Source: the human T2T-CHM13v2.0 reference genome, Homo sapiens. Taken from it: 64,000 nucleotides of DNA. Below are positions 49,501-62,499 of this stretch, in pieces; positions within the stretch are counted from its first letter, which is position 1; each line of letters starts with the position of its first letter. The stretch is taken from NCBI RefSeq assembly GCF_009914755.1, contig NC_060937.1; one strand, 5' to 3'. The notes under the pieces were generated by a model. That model had not been told where the DNA came from. It saw only the letters and a program-made list of their open reading frames with translations, and ran no database searches. The translations under genes were made by a program, and so were the position numbers.

Positions 49501-52500
49501 AAACTATATATTGTATACTGTACATAAAATATCAAAGTACCGAAGGGATATATTCTATACTGTACAAAAAATATCAAAGTACCCAAAGCATGTATTATAT
49601 ACTGTACATAAAATATGAAAGTACATGAAATATATATTTTATTCTGTACATAAAATATCAAAGTACACCAAATATATATTCTATAGTGTACATAAAATAT
49701 CAAAGTACCCAGACTATACATTATATACTGTACATAAAACATGAAATTACATCCAATATATATTATATTAGGTACATAAAATATGAAAGTACATCAAATA
49801 TAAATTATATACTGTACATAAAATACCAAAGTACCCCAAATATATATTATATACTGTACATGAAATATCAAAGTTCACAAACTATATATTATATACTGTA
49901 CATAAAATATCAAAGTACCCAAGGTATATATTCTATACTGTACAAAAAATATCAAAGTACCCAAAGCATGTATTATATAGTGTATATAAAATAGGAAAGT
50001 ACATCAAATATATATTTAATTCTGTACATAAAATATCAAAGTACACCAAATATATATTCTATAGTGTACATTAAATATCAAACTACCCAAACTATACATT
50101 ATATACTGTACATAAAATATGAAATTACATCAAATATATATTATATTAGGTACATAAAATATGAAAGTACATCAAATATAGATTATACACTGTACATAAA
50201 ATACCAAAGAACCCCAAATATATATTATATACTGTACATGAAATATCAAAGTTCACAAACTATATATTATATACTGTACATAAAATATCAAAGTACCCAA
50301 GGTATATATTCTATACTGTACAAAAAATATCAAAGTACGCAAACATGTATTATATACTGTACATAAAATATGAAATTACATCAAATATATATTATATTAG
50401 GTACATAAAATATGAAAGTACATCAAATATACATTATATAATGTACATAAAATACCAAAGTACCCCAAATATATATTATATACTGTACATGAAATATCAA
50501 AGTTCACAAACTATATATTATATACTGTACATAAAATATCAAAGTACCGAAGGGATATATTCTATAATGTACAAAAAATATCAAAGTTCCCAAAGCATGT
50601 ATTATATACTGTTAATAAAATATGAAAGTACATCAAATATATATTTAATTCTGTACATAAAATATCAAAGTACACCAAATATATATTCTATAGTGTACAT
50701 AAAATATCAAAGTACCCAAACTATACATTATATACTGTACATAAAATATGAAATTACATCAAATATATATTATATTAGGTACATAAAATATGAAAGTACA
50801 TCAAATATATATTATATACTGTACATAAAATACCAAAGTACCCCAAATACATATTATATACTGTACATGAAATATCAAAGTTCACAAACTATATATTGTA
50901 TACTGTACATAAAATATCAAAGTACCGAAGGGATATATTCTATACTGTACAAAAAATATCAAAGTACCCAAAGCATGTATTATATACTGTACATAAAATA
51001 TGAAAGTACATGAAATATATATTTTATTCTGTACATAAAATATCAAAGTACACCAAATATATATTCTATAGTGTACATAAAATATCAAAGTACCCAGACT
51101 ATACATTATATACTGTACATAAAACATGAAATTACATCCAATATATATTATATTAGGTACATAAAATATGAAAGTACATCAAATATAAATTATATACTGT
51201 ACATAAAATACCAAAGTACCCCAAATATATATTATATACTGTACATGAAATATCAAAGTTCACAAACTATATATTATATACTGTACATAAAATATCAAAG
51301 TACCCAAGGTATATATTCTATACTGTACAAAAAATATCAAAGTACCCAAAGCATGTATTATATAGTGTATATAAAATAGGAAAGTACATCAAATATATAT
51401 TTAATTCTGTACATAAAATATCAAAGTACACCAAATATATATTCTATAGTGTACATTAAATATCAAACTACCCAAACTATACATTATATACTGTACATAA
51501 AATATGAAATTACATCAAATATATATTATATTAGGTACATAAAATATGAAAGTACATCAAATATAGATTATACACTGTACATAAAATACCAAAGAACCCC
51601 AAATATATATTATATACTGTACATGAAATATCAAAGTTCACAAACTATATATTATATAATGTACATAAAATATCAAAGTACCCAAGGTATATATTCTATA
51701 CTGTACAAAAAATATCAAAGTACGCAAACATGTATTATATACTGTACATAAAATATGAAATTACATCAAATATATATTATATTAGGTACATAAAATATGA
51801 AAGTACATCAAATATACATTATATAATGTACATAAAATACCAAAGTACCCCAAATATATATTATACACTGTACATGAAATATCAAAGTTCACAAACTATA
51901 TATTATATACTGTACATAAAATATCAAAGTACCGAAGGGATATATTCTATAATGTACAAAAAATATCAAAGTTCCCAAAGCATGTATTATATACTGTTAA
52001 TAAAATATGAAAGTACATCAAATATATATTTAATTCTGTACATAAAATATCAAAGTACACCAAATATATATTCTATAGTGTACATAAAATATCAAAGTAC
52101 CCAAACTATACATTATATACTGTACATAAAATATGAAATTACATCAAATATATATTATATTAGGTACATAAAATATGAAAGTACATCAAATATAGATTAT
52201 ATACTGTACATAAAATACCAAAGTACCCCAAATACATATTATATACTGTACATGAAATATCAAAGTTCACAAACTATATATTGTATACTGTACATAAAAT
52301 ATCAAAGTACCGAAGGGATATATTCTATACTGTACAAAAAATACCAAAGTACCCAAAGCATGTATTATATACTGTACATAAAATATGAAAGTACATGAAA
52401 TATATATTTTATTCTGTACATAAAATATCAAAGTACACCAAATATATATTCTATAGTGTACATAAAATATCAAAGTACCCAGACTATACATTATATACTG

Positions 52501-55500
52501 TACATAAAACATGAAATTACATCCAATATATATTATATTAGGTACATAAAATATGAAAGTACATCAAATATAAATTATATACTGTACATAAAATACCAAA
52601 GTACCCCAAATATATATTATATACTGTACATGAAATATCAAAGTTCACAAACTATATATTATATACTGTACATAAAATATCAAAGTACCCAAGGTATATA
52701 TTCTATACTGTACAAAAAATATCAAAGTACCCAAAGCATGTATTATATAGTGTATATAAAATATGAAAGTACATCAAATATATATTTAATTCTGTACATA
52801 AAATATCAAAGTACACCAAATATATATTCTATAGTGTACATTAAATATCAAACTACCCAAACTATACATTATATACTGTACATAAAATATGAAATTACAT
52901 CAAATATATATTATATTAGGTACATAAAATATGAAAGTACATCAAATATAGATTATATACTGTACATAAAATACCAAAGAACCCCAAATATATATTATAT
53001 ACTGTACATGAAATATCAAAGTTCACAAACTATATATTATATACTGTACATAAAATATCAAAGTACCCAAGGTATATATTCTATACTGTACAAAAAATAT
53101 CAAAGTACCCAAAGCATGTATTATATAGTGTATATAAAATATGAAAGTACATCAAATATATATTTAATTCTGTACATAAAATATCAAAGTACACCAAATA
53201 TATATTCTATACTGTACATAAAATATCAAAGTACCCAAACTATACATTATATACTGTACATAAAATATGAAATTACATCAAATATATATTATATTAGGTA
53301 CATAAAATATGAAAGTACATCAAATATAGATTATACACTGTACATAAAATACCAAAGAACCCCAAATCTATATTATATACTGTACATGAAATATCAAAGT
53401 TCACAAACTATATATTATATACTGTACATAAAATATCAAAGTACCCAAGGTATATATTCTATACTGTACAAAAAATATCAAAGTTCCCAAAGCATGTATT
53501 ATATACTGTTAATAAAATATGAAAGTACATCAAATATATATTTAATTCTGTACATAAAATATCAAAGTACACCAAATATATATTCTATAGTGTACATAAA
53601 ATATCAAAGTACCCAAACCATACATTATATACTGTACATAAAATATGAAATTACATCAAATATATATTATATTAGGTACATAAAATATGAAAGTACATCA
53701 AATATAGATTATATACTGTACATAAAATACCAAAGTACCCCAAATACATATTATATACTGTACATGAAATATCAAAGTTCACAAACTATATATTGTATAC
53801 TGTACATAAAATATCAAAGTACCGAAGGGATATATTCTATACTGTACAAAAAATATCAAAGTACCCAAAGCATGTATTATATACTGTACATAAAATATGA
53901 AAGTACATGAAATATATATTTTATTCTGTACATAAAATATCAAAGTACACCAAATATATATTCTATAGTGTACATAAAATATCAAAGTACCCAGACTATA
54001 CATTATATACTGTACATAAAACATGAAATTACATCCAATATATATTATATTAGGTACATAAAATATGAAAGTACATCAAATATAAATTATATACTGTACA
54101 TAAAATACCAAAGTACCCCAAATATATATTATATACTGTACATGAAATATCAAAGTTCACAAACTATATATTATATACTGTACATAAAATATCAAAGTAC
54201 CCAAGGTATATATTCTATACTGTACAAAAAATATCAAAGTACCCAAAGCATGTATTATATAGTGTATATAAAATATGAAAGTACATCAAATATATATTTA
54301 ATTCTGTACATAAAATATCAAAGTACACCAAATATATATTCTATAATGTACATTAAATATCAAACTACCCAAACTATACATTATATACTGTACATAAAAT
54401 ATGAAATTACATCAAATATATATTATATTAGGTACATAAAATATGAAAGTACATCAAATATAGATTATACACTGTACATAAAATACCAAAGAACCCCAAA
54501 TATATATTATATACTGTACATGAAATATCAAAGTTCACAAACTATATATTATATACTGTACATAAAATATCAAAGTACCCAAGGTATATATTCTATACTG
54601 TACAAAAAATATCAAAGTACCCAAAGCATGTATTATATAGTGTATATAAAATATGAAAGTACATCAAATATATATTTAATTCTGTACATAAAATATCAAA
54701 GTACACCAAATATATATTCTATACTGTACATAAAATATCAAAGTACCCAAACTATACATTATATACTGTACATAAAATATGAAATTACATCAAATATATA
54801 TTATATTAGGTACATAAAATATGAAAGTACATCAAATATAGATTATACACTGTACATAAAATACCAAAGAACCCCAAATATATATTATATACTGTACATG
54901 AAATATCAAAGTTCACAAACTATATATTATATAATGTACATAAAATATCAAAGTACCCAAGGTATATATTCTATACTGTACAAAAAATATCAAAGTACGC
55001 AAACATGTATTATATACTGTACATAAAATATGAAATTACATCAAATATATATTATATTAGGTACATAAAATATGAAAGTACATCAAATATACATTATATA
55101 ATGTACATAAAATACCAAAGTACCCCAAATATATATTATATACTGTACATGAAATATCAAAGTTCACAAACTATATATTATATACTGTACATAAAATATC
55201 AAAGTACCGAAGGGATATATTCTATAATGTACAAAAAATATCAAAGTACCCAAAGCATGTATTATATACTGTACATAAAATATGAAAGTACATGAAATAT
55301 ATATTTTATTCTGTACATAAAATATCAAAGTACACCAAATATATATTCTATAGTGTACATAAAATATCAAAGTACCCAGACTATACATTATATACTGTAC
55401 ATAAAACATGAAATTACATCCAATATATATTATATTTGGTACATAAAATATGAAAGTACATCAAATATAAATTATATACTGTACATAAAATACCAAAGTA

Positions 55501-58500
55501 CCCCAAATATATATTATATACTGTACATGAAATATCAAAGTTCACAAACTATATATTATATACTGTACATAAAATATCAAAATACCCAAGGTATATATTC
55601 TATACTGTACAAAAAATATCAAAGTTCCCAAAGCATGTATTATATACTGTTAGTAAAATATGAAAGTACATCAAATATATATTTAATTCTGTACATAAAA
55701 TATCAAAGTACACCAAATATATATTCTATAGTGTACATAAAATATCAAAGTACCCAAACTATACATTATATACTGTACAAAAAATATGAAATTACATCAA
55801 ATATATATTATATTAGGTACATAAAATATGAAAGTACATCAAATATATATTATATACTGTACATAAAATACCAAAGTACCCCAAATACATATTATATACT
55901 GTACATGAAATATCAAAGTTCACAAACTATATATTGTATACTGTACATAAAATATCAAAGTACCGAAGGGATATATTCTATACTGTACAAAAAATATCAA
56001 AGTACCCAAAGCATGTATTATATACTGTACATAAAATATGAAAGTACATGAAATATATATTTTATTCTGTACATAAAATATCAAAGTACACCAAATATAT
56101 ATTCTATAGTGTACATAAAATATCAAAGTACCCAGACTATACATTATATACTGTACATAAAACATGAAATTACATCCAATATATATTATATTAGGTACAT
56201 AAAATATGAAAGTACATCAAATATAAATTATATACTGTACATAAAATACCAAAGTACCCCAAATATATATTATATACTGTACATGAAATATCAAAGTTCA
56301 CAAACTATATATTATATACTGTACATAAAATATCAAAGTACCCAAGGTATATATTCTATACTGTACAAAAAATATCAAAGTACCCAAAGCATGTATTATA
56401 TAGTGTATATAAAATATGAAAGTACATCAAATATATATTTAATTCTGTACATAAAATATCAAAGTACACCAAATATATATTCTATAGTGTACATTAAATA
56501 TCAAACTACCCAAACTATACATTATATACTGTACATAAAATATGAAATTACATCAAATATATATTATATTAGGTACATAAAATATGAAAGTACATCAAAT
56601 ATAGATTATACACTGTACATAAAATACCAAAGAACCCCAAATATATATTATATACTGTACATGAAATATCAAAGTTCACAAACTATATATTATATACTGT
56701 ACATAAAATATCAAAGTACCCAAGGTATATATTCTATACTGTACAAAAAAATCAAAGTACCCAAAGCATGTATTATATAGTGTATATAAAATATGAAAGT
56801 ACATCAAATATATATTTAATTCTGTACATAAAATATCAAAGTACACCAAATATATATTCTATACTGTACATAAAATATCAAAGTACCCAAACTATACATT
56901 ATATACTGTACATAAAATATGAAATTACATCAAATATATATTATATTAGGTACATAAAATATGAAAGTACATCAAATATAGATTATACACTGTACATAAA
57001 ATACCAAAGAACCCCAAATATATATTATATACTGTACATGAAATATCAAAGTTCACAAACTATATATTATATACTGTACATAAAATATCAAAGTACCCAA
57101 GGTATATATTCTATACTGTACAAAAAATATCAAAGTTCCCAAAGCATGTATTATATACTGTTAATAAAATATGAAAGTACATCAAATATATATTTAATTC
57201 TGTACATAAAATATCAAAGTACACCAAATATATATTCTATAGTGTACATAAAATATCAAAGTACCCAAACTATACATTATATACTGTACATAAAATATGA
57301 AATTACATCAAATATATATTATATTAGGTACATAAAATATGAAAGTACATCAAATATAGATTATATACTGTACATAAAATACCAAAGTACCCCAAATACA
57401 TATTATATACTGTACATGAAATATCAAAGTTCACAAACTATATATTGTATACTGTACATAAAATATCAAAGTACCGAAGGGATATATTCTATACTGTACA
57501 AAAAATATCAAAGTACCCAAAGCATGTATTATATACTGTACATAAAATATGAAAGTACATGAAATATATATTTTATTCTGTACATAAAATATCAAAGTAC
57601 ACCAAATATATATTCTATAGTGTACATAAAATATCAAAGTACCCAGACTATACATTATATACTGTACATAAAACATGAAATTACATCCAATATATATTAT
57701 ATTAGGTACATAAAATATGAAAGTACATCAAATATAAATTATATACTGTACATAAAATACCAAAGTACCCCAAATATATATTATATACTGTACATGAAAT
57801 ATCAAAGTTCACAAACTATATATTATATACTGTACATAAAATATCAAAGTACCCAAGGTATATATTCTATACTGTACAAAAAATATCAAAGTACCCAAAG
57901 CATGTATTATATACTGTTAATAAAATATGAAAGTACATCAAATATATATTTTATTCTGTACATAAAATATCAAAGTACACCAAATATATATTCTATAGTG
58001 TACATAAAATATCAAAGTACCCAAACTATACATTATATACTGTACATAAAATATGAAATTACATCAAATATATATTATATTAGGTACATAAAATATGAAA
58101 GTACATCAAATATATATTATATACTGTACATAAAATACCAAAGTACCCCAAATACATATTATATACTGTACATGAAATATCAAAGTTCACAAACTATATA
58201 TTGTATACTGTACATAAAATATCAAAGTACCGAAGGGATATATTCTATAGTGTACAAAAAATATCAAAGTACCCAAAGCATGTATTATATACTGTACATA
58301 AAATATGAAAGTACATGAAATATATATTTTATTCTGTACATAAAATATCAAAGTACACCAAATATATATTCTATAGTGTACATAAAATATCAAAGTACCC
58401 AGACTATACATTATATACTGTACATAAAACATGAAATTACATCCAATATATATTATATTAGGTACATAAAATATGAAAGTACATCAAATATAAATTATAT

Positions 58501-61500
58501 ACTGTACATAAAATACCAAACTACCCAAATATATATCATATACTGTACATGAAATATCAAAGTTCACAAACTATATATTATATACTGTACATAAAATATC
58601 AAAGTACCCAAGGTATATATTCTATACTGTACAAAAAATATCAAAGTACCCAAAACATGTATTATATAGTGTATATAAAATATGAAAGTACATCAAATAT
58701 ATATTTAATTCTGTACATAAATTATCAAAGTACACCAAATATATATTCTATAGTGTACATTAAATATCAAACTACCCAAACTATACATTATATACTGTAC
58801 ATAAAATATGAAATTACATCAAATATATATTATATTAGGTACATAAAATATGAAAGTACATCAAATATAGATTATACACTGTACATAAAATACCAAAGAA
58901 CCCCAAATATATATTATATACTGTACATGAAATATCAAAGTTCACAAACTATATATTATATACTGTACATAAAATATCAAAGTACCCAAGGTATATATTC
59001 TATACTGTACAAAAAATATCAAAGTACCCAAAGCATGTATTATATAGTGTATATAAAATATGAAAGTACATCAAATATATATTTAATTCTGTACATAAAA
59101 TATCAAAGTACACCAAATATATATTCTATACTGTACATAAAATATCAAAGTACCCAAACTATACATTATATACTGTACATAAAATATGAAATTACATCAA
59201 ATATATATTATATTAGGTACATAAAATATGAAAGTACATCAAATATAGATTATACACTGTACATAAAATACCAAAGAACCCCAAATATATATTATATACT
59301 GTACATGAAATATCAAAGTTCACAAACTATATATTATATAATGTACATAAAATATCAAAGTACCCAAGGTATATATTCTATACTGTACAAAAAATATCAA
59401 AGTACGCAAACATGTATTATATACTGTACATAAAATATGAAATTACATCAAATATATATTATATTAGGTACATAAAATATGAAAGTACATCAAATATACA
59501 TTATATAATGTACATAAAATACCAAAGTACCCCAAATATATATTATATACTGTACATGAAATATCAAAGTTCACAAACTATATATTATATACTGTACATA
59601 AAATATCAAAGTACCGAAGGGATATATTCTATAATGTACAAAAAATATCAAAGTACCCAAAGCATGTATTATATACTGTACATAAAATATGAAAGTACAT
59701 GAAATATATATTTTATTCTGTACATAAAATATCAAAGTACACCAAATATATATTCTATAGTGTACATAAAATATCAAAGTACCCAGACTATACATTATAT
59801 ACTGTACATAAAACATGAAATTACATCCAATATATATTATATTTGGTACATAAAATATGAAAGTACATCAAATATAAATTATATACTGTACATAAAATAC
59901 CAAAGTACCCCAAATATATATTATATACTGTACATGAAATATCAAAGTTCACAAACTATATATTATATACTGTACATAAAATATCAAAGTACCCAAGGTA
60001 TATATTCTATACTGTACAAAAAATATCAAAGTTCCCAAAGCATGTATTATATACTGTTAATAAAATATGAAAGTACATCAAATATATATTTAATTCTGTA
60101 CATAAAATATCAAAGTACACCAAATATATATTCTATAGTGTACATAAAATATCAAAGTACCCAAACTATACATTATATACTGTACATAAAATATGAAATT
60201 ACATCAAATATATATTATATTAGGTACATAAAATATGAAAGTACATCAAATATAGATTATATACTGTACATAAAATACCAAAGTACCCCAAATACATATT
60301 ATATACTGTACATGAAATATCAAAGTTCACAAACTATATATTGTATACTGTACATAAAATATCAAAGTACCGAAGGGATATATTCTATACTGTACAAAAA
60401 ATATCAAAGTACCCAAAGCATGTATTATATACTGTACATAAAATATGAAAGTACATGAAATATATATTTTATTCTGTACATAAAATATCAAAGTACACCA
60501 AATATATATTCTATAGTGTACATAAAATATCAAAGTACCCAGACTATACATTATATACTGTACATAAAACATGAAATTACATCCAATATATATTATATTA
60601 GGTACATAAAATATGAAAGTACATCAAATATAAATTATATACTGTACATAAAATACCAAAGTACCCAAAATATATATTATATACTGTACATGAAATATCA
60701 AAGTTCACAAACTATATATTATATACTGTACATAAAATATCAAAGTACCCAAGGTATATATTCTATACTGTACAAAAAATATCAAAGTACCCAAAGCATG
60801 TATTATATAGTGTATATAAAATAGGAAAGTACATCAAATATATATTTAATTCTGTACATAAAATATCAAAGTACACCAAATATATATTCTATAGTGTACA
60901 TTAAATATCAAACTACCCAAACTATACATTATATACTGTACATAAAATATGAAATTACATCAAATATATATTATATTAGGTACATAAAATATGAAAGTAC
61001 ATCAAATATAGATTATACACTGTACATAAAATACCAAAGAACCCCAAATATATATTATATACTGTACATGAAATATCAAAGTTCACAAACTATATATTAT
61101 ATACTGTACATAAAATATCAAAGTACCCAAGGTATATATTCTATACTGTACAAAAAATATCAAAGTACCCAAAGCATGTATTATATAGTGTATATAAAAT
61201 ATGAAAGTACATCAAATATATATTTAATTCTGTACATAAAATATCAAAGTACACCAAATATATATTCTATACTGTACATAAAATATCAAAGTACCCAAAC
61301 TATACATTATATACTGTACATAAAATATGAAATTACATCAAATATATATTATATTAGGTACATAAAATATGAAAGTACATCAAATATAGATTATACACTG
61401 TACATAAAATACCAAAGAACCCCAAATATATATTATATACTGTACATGAAATATCAAAGTTCACAAACTATATATTATATAATGTACATAAAATATCAAA

Positions 61501-62499
61501 GTACCCAAGGTATATATTCTATACTGTACAAAAAATATCAAAGTACGCAAACATGTATTATATACTGTACATAAAATATGAAATTACATCAAATATATAT
61601 TATATTAGGTACATAAAATATGAAAGTACATCAAATATACATTATATAATGTACATAAAATACCAAAGTACCCCAAATATATATTATATACTGTACATGA
61701 AATATCAAAGTTCACAAACTATATATTATATACTGTACATAAAATATCAAAGTACCGAAGGGATATATTCTATAATGTACAAAAAATATCAAAGTACCCA
61801 AAGTATGTATTATATACTGTACATAAAATATGAAAGTACATGAAATATATATTTTATTCTGTACATAAAATATCAAAGTACACCAAATATATATTCTATA
61901 GTGTACATAAAATATCAAAGTACCCAGACTATACATTATATACTGTACATAAAACATGAAATTACATCCAATATATATTATATTTGGTACATAAAATATG
62001 AAAGTACATCAAATATAAATTATATACTGTACATAAAATACCAAAGTACCCCAAATATATATTATATACTGTACATGAAATATCAAAGTTCACAAACTAT
62101 ATATTATATACTGTACATAAAATATCAAAGTACCCAAGGTATATATTCTATACTGTACAAAAAATATCAAAGTTCCCAAAACATGTATTATATACTGTTA
62201 ATAAAATATGAAAGTACATCAAATATATATTTAATTCTGTACATAAAATATCAAAGTACACCAAATATATATTCTATAGTGTACATAAAATATCAAAGTA
62301 CCCAAACTATACATTATATACTGTACATAAAATATGAAATTACATCAAATATATATTATATTAGGTACATAAAATATGAAAGTACATCAAATATAGATTA
62401 TATACTGTACATAAAATACCAAAGTACCCCAAATACATATTATATACTGTACATGAAATATCAAAGTTCACAAACTATATATTATATACTGTACATAAA

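Noticed and set aside
3822-61957. Recurrent 81-aa minus-strand hydrophobic ORF (MFYVQYIMYSLG...) resembling a multicopy membrane peptide or toxin
   Set aside because: It is the reverse complement of about six monomers. It is open only where variants (tca>tga, ggt>ggg and F-type m5) lack minus-strand stops. Hydrophobicity follows from the T-rich composition.
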